A stretch of DNA of 64,000 bases. Source: Phoronis australis. Taxonomy: Eukaryota > Animalia > Phoronida. Numbering within the stretch: position 1 is the stretch's first letter; every line of letters starts with the position of its first letter. A program made the translations under genes and the position numbers. Location: positions 138,930 to 202,929 of the forward strand of contig NMRA01000662.1 of the NCBI GenBank assembly GCA_002633005.1, written 5' to 3'. The notes beneath the pieces were generated by a model. The model saw only the letters and a list, made by a program, of their open reading frames with translations, was not told the origin of the DNA and made no database searches. This document shows positions 36,963 through 51,690 of this stretch, one piece after another.

Positions 36963-39900
36963 GTCACAGGTAGTCGCTGATAATTTCAGTGTTCTTGTTG
37001 CGCCCGGGAATAAAATCCTAAGACGTTAAGGAATATTACGAGACGGATTCGATTTCAGTACAAGGTCTGGTTTGACGGCGATATGCAGCTGTAAATGGAA
37101 GACTGGTGCAAAAATTATTCAATTTCAAGGAAGTCCTGTTTTTATTGTATGCATTAATACTTGTGAAATAAATTTTTAGAAAATTCGCGGACTTTCTATA
37201 ACGGCTGGGCAGAAGGCTAACTAGCACTTAAGAAAACAACTGGGTTATATAACGATATCCTGCTTGGTAGAAAGCGCAAATTACCACATGGATAGTGCAG
37301 TGAAGTATTTTTACAGTTACGTGTAATTTTATGTAAACAGAGCATTTTTATACAATCACTCACATTTATTCCTCTTTACAGGAAAAATGCAACAGTTATC
37401 GGAGTACGGACTTCGTGAACACTGACTGATAAAAACAGCTTCAATCCTGGCAACATATCCACTGGTCTCGCCTTTCGATAAAACAGTAACTATTGATATT
37501 GAATTTGTGACTTAGCGTTTGCACAACATCGAGCTTACTGTGAAACCTATATCATTGCGAACGTTCGATAACCAGGGTTTACCAGTTCCAATTTCGAGAC
37601 AGTTCCGCGCAATATGACGTTAAAAAGAGCGCGCATGAAATCAAAATCAGGCAACTCTAAAAGTCGATCATCGCTGATCTGATATCAATCGTATCAGCTT
37701 TCAAGAATCTCACTCCCATGTCTTCAATCATTAGCAAATATCCAGCGGCGCCAAGCATATAAGTTCCTTTGCCGAAACGGACAGTTAGAAATCACACGAC
37801 TGTGACGGCTACAACGCCACAAATACCGGGTCAGGCACAGGTTCCGTTACAGTCTGTGGCCATCACGTAGTCACGTAGCATAGATGCCTGCGTGCATTTT
37901 GTTCTGTTGAAACATAAAGACTAGTTATAGCGTCATCAAACCTGTGTCATCAGCTCGGGGTAACCGTTATCTCAACAACGCTAACGAAAATGTCATGCTG
38001 GCTAAGAAGATACTAAACCCTGTTTAAGCGGTTTCACAAAAATTGTCCCACTATCTACTAGTGCACAATCAATACCTCCGCTGAAAGATAAAAGAGCAGA
38101 TTCCGTATGATTCGACGGTGAGCGGTCTTTAGCACAAACGCAAATTCATTCACCCCAAGCGTTAGTAACGCTTGCCGATATAGCTGAGATTTTTTAAGTG
38201 TTCAAATGTGGTTCTACGTTTCAAGGGTTGACAAAGGTAGCATGACATTAATTGAACTTAAAAAGTTCAGTAACCTAGTCTTGATGTCTGTCAAAGGGCA
38301 AAAATTGGATTTAATGACCTTTTAAGCTAACTCGCATTCTTTAATTCTCATTTCAAACTTCATCCCCACAATTGAGGCAACACGATTCCCGAAATAATGT
38401 ATTTTGGCAAATATTCACTCAAACGTTGGCCACAAAATTGTTGACACATGGCAAATCCTGCCGGTTGATTTCTGTGTCCTAATACCGATCACAATTGGCC
38501 GATTTTGTCTGTGATTGGTCTGTGATTGGTTATTTTGTTTGGCCGGGTCATCCTTGGCGCTGACATTCAGTTGGAGTTCCAAGAATTTCCCGTTATGGCC
38601 ATTTTCTCCCTTTTTCTGTCACTAACTCGGCTTTAGGAGCTTTTAGTGCATGAACCGACGCATGAGAGTACTACGTGGCCACCTGTCGGTCGATACAATA
38701 TTAAATTGCATGCCATATAGGACCTTTGACACATAGGCGGATTTAGGGGGGGGGGGGNCCCTTAGCTGCAGGAAAAAATAAAACAGCAAGAGCGTAGGGA
38801 AATGTTGAGTTTATTAATTAACCCCGGTAATTAACATTATACGGCGGAAACAAGATTTTAATGTGTGCAGTTTTAGTGTGTTTGGGGGAGGGGGCTCAGA
38901 TCCAATTTCAAATGTCAAATTCGGAACACGTAACGGCTCAATCGCAACGAAACTATGGCTAAGTATAGGTTCTCCCGCGATATCCCAGGCGATCGGCAGT
39001 GGCGCTGCGCACTACGACTCCGTTTCCGTCGTCTGCTTCACAGTGCAATGAAAAAAATTACTTCATTTTTTTAAAGAAAATGGAATTTGAGTGACGATGA
39101 AAAAACAGAAGCTGCTGGTAAGATGTGAATTTTAATCGAAGCCTCAGTGAATCACTCAGAAACTCATAATTATCTCTTTGTCAACCTTTAACTTAAGACG
39201 ATTTGCAAAGCAATCGCGTCATTAATGCCAACACAAAAACGGATTTGGTCTTTTAGGCAATTGAAGACTATTTTAAAAACAACAAATTTGTTACGAACTG
39301 ATTGCACAAAGTATAAAAAGTGTAATAAGCATTACAAAAAGAAGTAGGTTTCGCTCGTAAACGCTGTGAACCATAAACAAGTAGGTCTCTTATTATCATT
39401 TTTTTTTTGGTGAAGTCGTCCGTCAGCCAGATCGTGAGTTCGAGTCTGTGATAATCGTAGTTTGTTATGTTTGACACGTTCGCCGTGTCTTTTTTCCTTT
39501 TTCTTTTTATTTGCCTTTTTTCTTGGTTAATACTTCAGGAATCAAGGAAAATGCTTGATTTTTAGAGGAAAAAAAAGAAAAATTTTCTTGGGCGGGAGGG
39601 GGGCGAACCCCCTCCCGACCTCCCCCCATTCGGTGTTATGCGCATCTAATCGTGCTTTGCACAAATGTTTTCAGACAACATGTTGGCCCCTCTTGTGTTA
39701 TCCTTGATCCGCCACTGTGACAAATGTGAAAAATTGGCCAACTTGTGACCGTCATGTCACATAAATAGTCGATCAGATTCATGTAAAACTTTACCATACT
39801 CTGTTTTATGCACTGTTCTTTAAAGCGCCGTTTGTTCAACATTTGCACGAGAGCTATTAAAAATAACATGAAAACGAAATTATCAAGAAAACCGCGTTTT

Positions 39901-40558
39901 AGAGATTTCATGTTGACCATTTTTATCAAATGGAATTTGGTCATGTTATGATGCTGTTTCTTTGGTATGAATGCACCTTTTTATAACCATATTTTACTAA
40001 GATACTTGGTCACGTGACCCACTTGCCGCCAGACTGTTATGAAGGTAAGAACCATGTCTGCAGGCTCTCTAATTTAATTTTCCAGTATTCCAAAATTGTG
40101 TTTCAATTTGCGCAATGTCGCGCTCTTCTGATCGGAGGACGTCACAACTGCATTTCACGAAATACCGGTATGATGAAGAAGAGACAACTTTTTCATGCAT
40201 ATGCATACCAAGTGCCTATTATCGATTTACAACACTGCTTTCTAAATCTGACCATATCCTGTTTTCACAGTTTAGAACAGAGTGGGCCGCATATCATGCC
40301 ATCCCTGAAATACAAAATATCGCTAATTAAGGCCGTTAATTGCGTCTTGACTACCATTTTTCAAGTCAGTCCAATGTCATTCAACTGTGGCGAAAGTTTT
40401 GCTTGAGCGCCGATACAGATATTTAAGAACAAGGTAACGCGGCGTAACATCGTGGACCTATTGGATCTAAGCTAAACCAAGGGCTGTAATTCATAGGCGA
40501 GTTCAAGAAATTGTTCCCACCCCTTAAATGCAGCTCATGTAATGTTAAGATAATTGAC

Positions 40559-40709
40559 CAGGGGCGGATACAGGATTTTGAGTTAGGAGGGGGCAGGACA
40601 GACTATTAGCCAAGATTTTGCCCGTCAGACATTCGCACCCCTGGAATGCCAAATGGAAACTGGGAAAATTTTAGGGGTGTGGGGCATGCCTCCCCTTAAA
40701 TCCGCCACT
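40559..40709. mobile_element. MITE with CAGKGGCGGAT termini
   Basis: CAGGGGCGGATA...AATCCGCCACTG. Related ends occur at 38732 (ATAGGCGGATTT), 39717 (ATCCGCCACTG) and ~28870. Confidence 0.6.
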
Positions 40710-43700
40710 GGTGACTGATACTCGAGTATACCAATTCAATGAAACACCAATTTCCTAGAGAGTTAATTCAGATAGACAAAACTACCCAATGCCGCATTTC
40801 GCGGTTCGTGGTACTAGGATGGATTTTTCTGTGGCATCATTTATCTCTAACAAGATTTGTAAAAAATCTTTGAATCAGCCACTTTTTGTAGATACATAAA
40901 CATGGTCAAGCAGAAACCTTGCTAGAGACGTCCTTGACGTTGGGTCACCACATGGAAACGCAGCATGAAAACTAATTAAAGCCCACGATTTCATATTACT
41001 TACGGCGGATAAGATTTTGTCACAAACATGAACATCAAAACCATCAGCGACCCAAGAACATGCTTCAGAGTGTACTGCGGTTGGACAACCCTAAAAGTAC
41101 GAATTCGAAAAAGGCACATGTACGCATTTCCTGTGACTGGAGTAAGTAACGAAAATTGAATCCTGTCACCGTGAGGAATATTATGAGACCATCTTTATGA
41201 GTGTCAACATGATCTAAGCTCTTCAACCGAGAACGACTATGCCTACTCAATACCGGTTAAATAATGGTCCAGCAGACAACGATGACTGAATACTCAATGT
41301 GATTTTTTTACAAGTCCTTTGGAAGAAATTCATAACAACTGAATTTCAGGAAAATTGAATATTGGTGGTATTGCACGTGCATGTGTGTACAGGTGAAGGA
41401 CAAGGCTGTAAATAAAAGAAAAATCCAGGCTAAGAACGTAACGTTTTATTATCAAAACTCCCACAAAACATTCAGTAGTGTATGTCCAACATAACAAAGC
41501 ATATAAGCATATTAGAAATGTCATCTCTTTGCTCAAACATATTCAGAAGGCCATTTAAGAAGTAGCTTTTAGCAAAACATTAGAAACTCGACCGTTTCAG
41601 AGAATCCTGTTCTTGTCAATAGATTTGTACAAGAAATTCTGACGTCATTAATCATCGTTAACACGAGCACCAGGCTTTCAAGCAGTTTTAGGCAAAACAG
41701 CAAACAAAGGAAAAACTGTGAAGATAAAATATGAACAAGAGCAGGCGTTCAGGAGTAGTTTTCATCGACACTTAACTATGACGTTCACCCCATGTGACAG
41801 GCAGAACTCGCCATTAGTTGGAGAACCAGCAGGACTTTATTCACACTGTTGAGTGTCAATGGTTTGACTGCGTAATTCGATATATTGTACATCACCTACC
41901 ATTGAAGGAAAGGGGCTTCTTAAGTTGCACAATCCTGGGCTAAGGTCCCTGGGGGGGTCCTAATGAGGACCCAAAAATACATTTAATTAAAATTTTGAGT
42001 GCAACATCCTTTCAAGTTTATTTTTTTCAAATCAAAACTCAAATTAAAATGGTACGACTTGAGACACCCCAAAACAACCTAGTTTGTATCAATTTAGATC
42101 GAGTAGTTCCACTCGATAACAACAAGTACAGCTCTTTTACCTAACACCTAACGGCAGACGGAGGTGTTGAAATTAACCAATGACGTCACAGGTTCGAATG
42201 CAGTCTGTTCAGCAGTTCACAACACGCTTACTGGTGACAACTTATCTCTTGAATTCATCGTTTGACACCAATAAATCATCAAAATTCGCTGTAAATACCC
42301 TTACAAATACATCGAGTGAGTGAACAAATGTGTTATTTTATTTCGCTGTTACGGATTTTTAGGTATTTGAACATACCGTAGCCTACAAAGTTCGGTACTA
42401 GGCCAATGCCAAGGTCGGTCGCGGGAGTTGAGGGTCTGTTCGGTGATAAATTCAAGTTATTCGTCCGTGAAATACAGACAGAAGAACAAAGCTGTGTGTT
42501 GCAATTTTAGACTTGCGATCTTTTTCAGTTGTAAGCACACAAAACACTTGTATCTAAAGCCGCTAACGCAATGATTTATTCATTGCAGCCTTCTCAAAAC
42601 ACTCCAAGGCATTGCAAATTGTATCTAATGAGACAGACTTTGTTTCAGTTTTATATAAGCATTGGTTAGGGTGAGAATAATTCATTTTGACACAGAACGC
42701 ACAATTACAAACATCAACGTGGCAACTCGCAATCCCAACTTAGACGCATGCTCATCCGGCGAAGACTTCACAGGTCGATCGTAGGTTTCACAGGCTATCA
42801 GTTTGAACCGGAATACACTGACCAAGAAATAATAGAGGCTCCATGAACGTGCACAGACAACGGAACATGTCTATAATTCCGAAAACAGTTTGAATGACTT
42901 AGTCATGGTGTCAGTGACCTAACTGCACGATAATGGAAATGACTGACGCTTGCGTTTGCTGCCACGAAATTCCGCAAGTGAAACGAAGCGCAGATGTGTC
43001 TCACGGACTGTCCTGATTTTGCACAGCGTCTAAACACTCTGAGAGGTGTTCTTACGACGTTTTTTAGGGCTGAGAAAAAGAACTGGCGAAAACATCCTAC
43101 ACCCGGAGGACCAAACACAAGCCTCACGAACGAGTCAGTCGTTAAACAGGTTACATAAAACGTTATGTTCTCACGCCTTGAATTAATTGTAATTGTTTAT
43201 GTTTTCATGGCCAACTACAATTCTCCATAATCAACAACCCATCCGACAAAATGAACCCACACAGAAAAGTTTCACGGCCTCATACTAGGTATTAACGGCG
43301 TACTTTTCATTCTTCACTACCCCGAGCCACTTCCGAAGCATTACGAGCTCTCAAGGAAATCGAAAAAACGATATATCCACTGTCCTTGCAGCTTCATAGT
43401 TCGCACAAGCGGGAACGATACACCACACCATAGCGGCACTCACTCTGCACAAGAACCACTGACGTCGCTGAGTCGTTTATCACCTTCTTCACAGGTTAAC
43501 GCGACACCTCTCGGCGAGGTAAAATCGACCGTATACGAGGTGATGTGGATATAGACCGATTAAGACGGTAAAAAACGACTAATTAAATCGGGTGGCATTC
43601 TCTTTTAAACTTTTAAGTGCATCAATTTTTTTCCAAATTATAGGTTAGTAACTCTATTGGCCGGTTGCACGAAATGGTCCCAAATAGGGACTCAACTAAG

Positions 43701-43820
43701 GTCCCTAAGTCTTTGTGCGTATATGTGTCTTTATGGACTCATATATGCAAAATTTTTCTATCATTTCAGCTTGATCATGAGCTCGTCTTTGATTAGTGAC
43801 GTTTTCTGATAATATAACTA

Positions 43821-45960
43821 ACAAGAGCAACGCGGAGCGTTGAAATGCGCACACGAATGCACTGCAAACGGAGTGCTTCTAGGGTTGTTTATTTGTTTCA
43901 TAAAAATAGCCACAAGAGGGTAAAATAACATCCAATCCATCTGAAAGTGGGTACATGCCACCGCTTTTTTAATAGAAAGCTATTTAGCAAATTTTATAAA
44001 AAATCTGTCAAGCAACTTCAGAGAAACAAAAGAAAATAAAAATAATGAAATTGCCACTTTGGGACACAGCCTTCATTGGACGTTGTCATCTGTTGTTAGC
44101 TTTATATACAATTACTAAATTTAATAAAGATCCTGCAGTGAGTTTAGGAGATGCAGCTATGGGCACAAAACAAAACAAAACTACCACTAGGAGGCGCTAC
44201 AGTAGTCGAATGTGTTATTGTCAACCGTCCTCTTCACACTGAGAACATATACCATATACCAATTTTCAAAGTCATCCTCAGAATGGCTTGGTTGATCGAG
44301 GGGTGGACGCTAAAAACAAGACTCGAAAACAGGAATAATGGCCACTAGGTGGTGCAAAAGTTCTTCGATTCCATCCCAAAGCGGGAGGATAGCATCATCT
44401 CATCAATAACTGCCTATATTCCAAACTTTCTGATAATCCGTTGACGACCTTTGAAGATACAGAGGTAAGCCTAAAAATGAAAATTGCCACTACGGGGCAC
44501 ACTGGTTGTCAGATCCGTCCGAAAGTTGTTGTCATCCGTTGTTAACATCATATAAATACACTTGCTAAATTTAGCAAAGATGCTGCAAACCGTTTAGGAG
44601 ATACAGCCATGGGCGCAAAAAACACAAACTGCCACTAGGAGGCGCCACAGTAGTCGAAGTCATTGGTAAATCATCGTCAGCTTCGTAGTAAGAACATACA
44701 TGCCAATTTTCACAATCATCCTTAGTGCAGTTTGGTTGATAGAGGGGTGGACACCAAAAACAGACTAAAAACAGTAAAAATGGCCACTAGGTGTCAAATC
44801 CATCCGAAAATGGGAGGATAGCTTCATCTCACTAAGTGCCAAAATTTAAAATTTTATGAAAATACGTTGAGAACCTTTGAAGATACAGAGGTAAACGTAA
44901 AAAACATAAATTGCCATTAGGGGGCACACCGGTAGTCAAATCTGTCCGAAAGTTGTCGTCATCCCTTGTCAACATCATATAAATAGGCTTGCAGAATTTA
45001 GCAAAGAGCCTGCCAACGGTTTAGGAGATACAGCCATGGGCGCAAAAAGAGACAAAACTGCCACTAGGAGGCGCCACAGTAGTCGAAATCGTCGGAAAAT
45101 CATCGTCAGCCGTCCTCTTAAAATTATTTTATGTAAGCTATACTGCCTCCTCCTCATTATCACATTGTTTGGATTCTCTGGTCAGTGACCCTCTTTGTTT
45201 TACGATTATTGGTTTAATTGTACCACGTGATCTCTTTGTCTTGTTGCAACACTGGGCCATCGTCCACAATTCTCTCCAACTTTCATTTTTCACTCAATTT
45301 CTCTTTCCCTCCCTCCCTCAAACCAATTTTCATTCTTTCCCTTTATCCTCAAATTTCACATGTCGCTGTCCCGGTGTTGCTGTTATTCTTCCGCATATTG
45401 TTTCTTAACTTACTATGGCAGATTGTCACCCACCTTTACAGTGCAACATGTTATATAACTTTTGTAATTACTGATATCTGTAGTAGTTTAGTTTGTCATA
45501 ATATATATGACCTTTTATCTCAACTACATGTGTTGTTTCACTGTAAACTAGCTTCGGTATCGCTTCGCAGTTAGCGCATATAAAAACATACATGCCAATT
45601 TCCACGAGAGCGGTTTGGTTGATAGAGGGGTAGCCGCCAAAAAACAGACTCGAAAACAGCAAAATGTGACCACTAGGTGGCGCAAACTACGTCAAATCCA
45701 TCCGAAAACGGGAAGATAGCATCATCTCACCAACAGATGCCTATATGCCAAATTTTATGAAACTACGTTTAGGACCTTTGAAGATATAGAGGTAAGCGTA
45801 AAAAACTAAAATTACCACTAGGGGGCACACCGGCAGTCGGATCCGTCCGAAAGTTCGCTCATGCCGACCCATCCATGATAGGAACATATGTGCAAAATTT
45901 CATGAACGTACGTCAAAGCGTTTTGGAGATAGAGCTGCATGAAGATTGTCGTCAAAATAT
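43821..45960 (+). mobile_element. Non-autonomous tandem-repeat-bearing element (HINE/Helentron-like), copy 1, interrupted by a ~440 bp insert at ~45120-45560
   Basis: Starts ACAAGAGCAACGCGGAGCGTTGAAATGCGC, shared with the copies at 54081 and 58694. The interior is ~145 bp subunits grouped in ~430-450 bp higher-order repeats. The family assignment is inference. Confidence 0.7.
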
Positions 45961-47568
45961 ATATTGATATGCAGCTTTGTACCAAGGCTATCTTAGACCA
46001 CGTAATATCTGAAAATTCCGTGAGCTTAGAATTCAGTTTGAGCAGAATCTGAGACATGAATGCAATAAGGAGCAGACATCTTGCCAGTCTCTTGTGAAGT
46101 CGCACACTCATTCAATAATTCATGGTTTCAGCAGTGTCCTAGCTGGCCCAAAACTGCTGTTTGCAGAAGCACAAAATGATTCAGGAACACGCCAGGAATT
46201 ATATGTATGTCAGTATGATGACACTTGCCACTTGACTTGGCTTTCCTCAATTCCAGTCCACTGACTGCTGGTTTATGAGCCTTGACCCTTGGTAATTGCC
46301 AGTTACTTGCACACCCACCCAAGAATTAACACTTTTCAATGCAGACAGTAGCTTTAAACAAGTTAGCCAAGCCAACAGAATACCATCAGTTTGCTGTCCT
46401 GTGATGAATGCTTTCATGAAGCAGACAACTTGGGAATGGGAAAGATACAGACACAATATTTTCCTGGCATCTGATTGGCGGTTCTGACCATTTTGCACTT
46501 ACACCTGGTCCCAGTTGCATAAAAGTTATACGCCGTATAGCAACAACAATGCCGTCGCATTACCACGCGTCACGTTGTTATTGTTGAACAATGCACCTGA
46601 CGTCATGCAACAATCAAACTTATCCAGTGGATAACTTTTGAAGCTGTATGCAGCCCAGGTGGCTAACATATTATTTTAGGCTAAATTTTCCAACTTTTAA
46701 ATTAAAATTATTATTAAACGTACAAGCGTATTCTCGGGAACTTTTTTGAAATTGACTTTTGATCATCTGGAGATGGGTTTAATGCAAAGATCCCGTTGCC
46801 CCACCAAAAGTAGCGACGGAGGTGAAAGATAGGAGAGCTGAGACTATGACCCATGTCACGAGCGTGCTGTTTTTGAAACGGGCGACACACTTTCCTTTGT
46901 TACAAAAGACGGCGAATTATGCTAGACAATGACGTTTATTTGATTGTTTTCCACTTAAACGGCTGCAACGAATAAGGTGAATGTCGGTTGACAACCAGAT
47001 TTTGCATGCACCCCCGCCGGTCCGTTAGCTCTACATGTTGATGCAAGTTTTACGACGAGGTGACGAGTAACTAGTATACCCGGGTAGTCAACGGGCTGTG
47101 TCAAATTTCGGAGTCTAACGGAGCTCAACACACAGTGGTACGATAGTGTTCATACAGCTATAGTCGGTAACTAACCACTGAATCCTTCAAGTTTACAGAG
47201 CTCAGTATAGGCTGGAAGCTGACTAAGAGTCCACACTGCCCACAGACACAGTCACACCAGTGTAAATTGTTGATACAAACTGGTTGCACCTGCAAATTTT
47301 CGTCTGACGATAACAACGACTGGGTATCACTTTTTGTTGCTTCGGCTGGATTTTTTATGGGTTTAGCAGATAAGATGGGGGACCACAAGGGATAACATGA
47401 CCCCCAAAATTAACTTGTATAAAAGAGGAAATTCGACAATTTTGATAACTACGGATAAAACATTATTTCAAATAAACAAAAACACATCTGAAGATATGAC
47501 CAATTTACCCTCAAACACAACAATAATGAAACGATACATCTGGGGTAACTGAATAAGCTGGCTTCAAA

Positions 47569-48530
47569 TTAAAGTGCTTGAAACATATCTAAGTCGTGAT
47601 CGTCATCACTCTCTTCACCAGATGATTCCATTTCTCTTGGTAAAGGAGCACGACCTTTGTCTACATCGCTGACCATACCATCAACTCTCTCGGCATCGCC
47701 ACCATTGTCATAGTGTCTTTGTTTCGACTTGAACCTCTGGAATGAGCGCAGAGGACATCTGTTCTCCACTGATGAACCAAATGATGAGAAATTCGCCGCC
47801 AACACTGATTTTCTCATCCATTGGTGTGTGTTTTGTCCACGATTTGGAGATGAGCTCCACCCCACCAAGTAAATGCACTTCTATCCACGTGAAGTTCTAG
47901 TTCAGCTTCACACTGTGGAATACTGCTGCCCTCGACGCTTTTAAGCTTCTCAAATGGGCGCTAAGCGTTGTCTTTCGTTTGTAAGTTTCGTCGACCACAT
48001 TGAACCGGTGTTTGTTTAGTCCTGCAAGATTTTGATGACTTCTTCTGTTGGAATATCGCGGCTCAGTGAAGCAAATGCTCTCTAGAACTTATCACTTTTT
48101 GCCACAATTGCATATGGTCTGTTCTTTCCTTTCCTTACAAATGCACAAGTATAGTCACATCCAGTGAACACGTGTAGGCCTTGGAGTGCAGCACACATAG
48201 CTTGGCCTATCGTACTTACCAATCTTGGTTACGTTTAAATAACGCAGATCGACTTGTTCTCTAGTCCCAGCCTCCATCCACACCATGAATGTAATTTAAT
48301 TAATGGAAAATTTGTAGGAGCAACACTAAAATGTCGGTTTCAGAAACTCTTATCAAAGAGTGTAGAAGTATACTGAAGTATATTTCCACACTCCTTGCTC
48401 TTATGATGATGTCGCCACGTGTGGACTTGTCCGCCTCAATCATGTGAATGAAGACACGACACTGGTGTCGGCTTCCATGTGATTACAGCTTAGGGATGGA
48501 ACTGATTCTGGGCATACTTCTTCATCTTCA
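47569..48530 (-). pseudogene. Decayed DNA transposon ORF with XPG/PIN-like nuclease motifs (Academ/AcademX-like)
   Basis: Broken frames give LSCNHMEADT, LIRVSETDILVLLL, CAALQGLHVFTGCDYTCAFVRKGK, IPQCEAELELHVDRS and an acidic tail. These correspond to the HEEAD / DTDV / FTGCD..GKGK / LPPC..L..H..R motifs of XPG-nuclease-bearing Academ proteins. Imperfect inverted repeats occur at ~47379-47403 and ~48551-48575. Confidence 0.7.
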
Positions 48531-48973
48531 ACAAGTTCCCTTCCTACAACAGGGTCTTTTTGTCCCTCGGGGTCCAAAAACCCCAGTCTTACGCATCTTA
48601 AGTTGTGGATACGGTGTCCAAGGTTGCTAAACTATCTTTTGGGAAAAGAATTTTTGTTGTACTTAAAAGTTTTAAGAGTAACTTTCACACAAATTCCTTA
48701 TTCTGTGATTGCTTGGTCAAATTAGTAACAAAAACAACATATAGCGACAAGACGAATATGAAGTAGGTTGAAAATTGTCAAATGTTTTTAAGAATGAGTT
48801 TTGTGTCGAAAATGATCCACCGTAAATCACTAACTGTGCCCAGTAAGTATCATGACGTAGTGTTGGGGTATAACACTGCATGATGGGGCTATATGTGAGC
48901 CCCCAAGGTACGTCATTAGAGCAAGAGTCGTTTTCACATCTACGAGTTGTCAATGAATACTACAAAACTTTGT

Positions 48974-49432
48974 TTAGCATAGATGATGTTCAAATACCAT
49001 TGTCGTTTAGTTCCTGCTTTACATTAGCATAGATGATGTTCAAATACCACTGTTCTTTAGTTCCTGCTATACATTAGCATAGATAATGTTCAAATACCAT
49101 TGTCGTTTAGTTCCTGCTTTACATTAGCATAGCTGATGTTCAAATACTATTGTTCTTTAGTTCCTGCTATACATTAGCATAGATGATGTTCAAATACCAT
49201 TGCCGTTTAGTTTCTACTATACATTAGCATAGATGATGTTCAAATACCATTGCCGTTTAGTTCCTGCTATACATTAGCATAGATGATGTTCAAATACCAT
49301 TGCCATTTAGTTCCTGCTATACATTAGCATAGATGATGTTCAAATACCATTGTCGTTTAGTTCCTGCTACACATTAGCATAGATAATGTTCAAATACCAT
49401 TGTCGTTTAGTTCCTGCTATACATTAGCATAG
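48974..49432. repeat. 50 bp minisatellite, 9 copies
   Basis: TTAGCATAGATGATGTTCAAATACCATTGTCGTTTAGTTCCTGCTATACA, exact 50 bp period. Confidence 0.95.
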
Positions 49433-49528
49433 GTAGGAGCAAGCAAAAAGATGAACTTTTCATGTGGAATTCAATTTAATAATCACTAGTGTCAGTATAC
49501 AAAATTGAAATTATTTTATACATACATC

Positions 49529-50070
49529 TATGCAGAATTGATTAAACACACACGACGCTTTTCGTTGTTGACAGTCTTTATTCCGTTTCGTTCATAGGTT
49601 CGGAATAAAACTCTACTATCAACGGAACAGAGATGAAGTAACTGACCTAGCGGCATAATTAAAAAGTACACGATATTTCGTAAGTATTAGAGTCCCTTTT
49701 GATTGCATTCGAGAAGCCTAGCTGTTTTGAATGAGCAGCAAACAGGGTCGCGTCGCACGTTACACTTGTTTGCGTGACTTTCCTGTTAACCCCCTTCATT
49801 TGTCATTCTTTGCAGTATTTCACACCTGTCGCGTCCCACTGTGTATGTCTCCAGCTTATGTTCTGTGGAGGCGTTACTGCGTCATTTTATATCCACTTGA
49901 GAATGAAACAAGTATGTTTCGAAATATGGTGTACTTTTTTAATTATGTCGCTAGGTCAGTTATTTCATCTATGTTCCGTTGAGAGTAGAGTTTTTTTCGG
50001 AACCTATGAACGAAACGGAATAAAGATTGTCAACAACGAAAAGTGTCGTGTGTTTAATCAATTCTGCATA
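49529..50070. mobile_element. MITE with ~150 bp terminal inverted repeats, TA at both ends
   Basis: TATGCAGAATTGATTAAACAC...GATATTTCG (49529-49680) is inverted at 49920-50070 (...GTTTAATCAATTCTGCATA). Confidence 0.85.
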
Positions 50071-50827
50071 TTGGAAAACTTGCTCCCGAAGTACAACCAC
50101 ATACATATATGTATATATGTATATGTATATATGTATGTGTATATGTATATTTATACCACAATATTAGCCTCGAATGGCAGATACAACCGTGTAATAACCC
50201 ACAAAGTTATCTCACTAGTGAGATAACATTTTGGCGGGAAACCGAGGCCGGATTCAAACGGGCCTCAAGAGTTTCGAGTAACCACTACACCACTCAGCGG
50301 CTGACGTCATCGGACGTGAAAATAGAATACTTAAATGAGCGCGCGCAACAATCGCATGTTCAGAACAGGACATTGCACCGACATTTATACGCTATGAAAA
50401 ATAAGACGCATAATTTCCATAAAAAACGATATTATAATTCAGTGAAATTTTTCTCTCGTGTTCTCTCACTTGTAAATCACCAATCTTCAACTTGAATGCG
50501 GGTATCGTGTCGTCGTCGGGACCCTTTGACTTGAGCATTATAGTCAGTTACTAGTGGTAACCTACTTTAGCAGACGATATTTTCCCGGTCGAAGCTTAGC
50601 GTGATAAAATGTGTAGTAAGCTATAATAGTTGCTAAACCTTAATTTATAGATTCACTTTATTTCTATTTTGTTTAAATTTTCAATTGGTTTTGAGTATAA
50701 GTGCTCATTATTTGACAAAAATAGCTCGGCTTTTCTTAAAAGGTCACAACCTCCGACCCCGGGCCTCTGACATAGAGAAACTTAGATCGATTCATTGCAA
50801 TGTTTCTCGTTCAGTATGTGGTATAAA

Positions 50828-50980
50828 TAGATTATTACATGTTCTGAGTCGTTATCTAAAGCCCTCGTGGATTTTGGAAAATTATCACCCTCGGGGCTAA
50901 TGCCCCTCGGGCGATAATTCTCCAAAATCCCATCGGGCTCTAGATAACGGGGGATAACGACTTCACCATGTAATAATCTA
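50828..50980. mobile_element. Short near-palindromic MITE
   Basis: TAGATTATTACATG...CATGTAATAATCTA termini with further internal complementarity (GATTTTGGAAAATTATC / GATAATTCTCCAAAATC). Confidence 0.75.
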
Positions 50981-51690
50981 TATGTATGTGTATAAGTATA
51001 TGTATATACGTTTCATTGAAAAGTAAGCTGTTCTTGGCCTTAGATAGTTTGTTCAACAAACTTTCGTATTGTGTACATAAATGTCTTTCTTAGTGGCAGT
51101 TGAAATAGTATATCGCCCACTGTAAGTGGCATCACGAACACAAACATAGGAGTATATATAAAATAAAACACTATACAAAACCTTTCATAGTAAAACCGGT
51201 GCTGTACTTAGACTAGACTTCAGTCATCCAAGGCAAATAAATTTGAAATCATAAACACTATCCTATATGTATATGAATTGTGTGTGTATGTATGTATGTA
51301 TGTATGTATGTATATATGGGTAATTGGTAGTGAGTCATCATGTAGGCAAATACTAAAAACAATTAAAAATAATGGACTATATTAATATCTGGATTTGGAG
51401 TAGTGGTCGTCTGAAGTTGAAAATAAATGAGAGATATTCGTAAGGAATAGGTTTATGCATACCCATTCTAAAAGAGCTTCATATACCAATTTGGAAAGAT
51501 GTAGCATGCAATCATCAGGGAACATTTGAAGTCTCAGGTGCTTGAACTTTCAATGTAGGTGATATAAACATGTCCTCTGTCAACAAATAAGTTGACTTGA
51601 TACAGCTGATCAGTTTATGCACTGAACCTCGTGTCAGTCACTAACAGCCAGTTCTTTAAAACCCAAGAACTTCTCATCTGTGTTCCAAGT

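Noticed and set aside
39000-39125. ACTAC-type promoter motif, ATG and a strong donor (GCTG|gtaaga)
   Set aside because: The first ATG frame stops immediately, no downstream exon was found, and it lies between transposon-like termini at 38732 and 39717.
46000-46500. Cluster of short overlapping ORFs
   Set aside because: No recognisable motif or consistent splice structure.
48974-49432. CRISPR-like regular repeats (also 52977-53327 and 61268-61817)
   Set aside because: Head-to-tail units with no unique spacers, no cas genes and a eukaryotic context.
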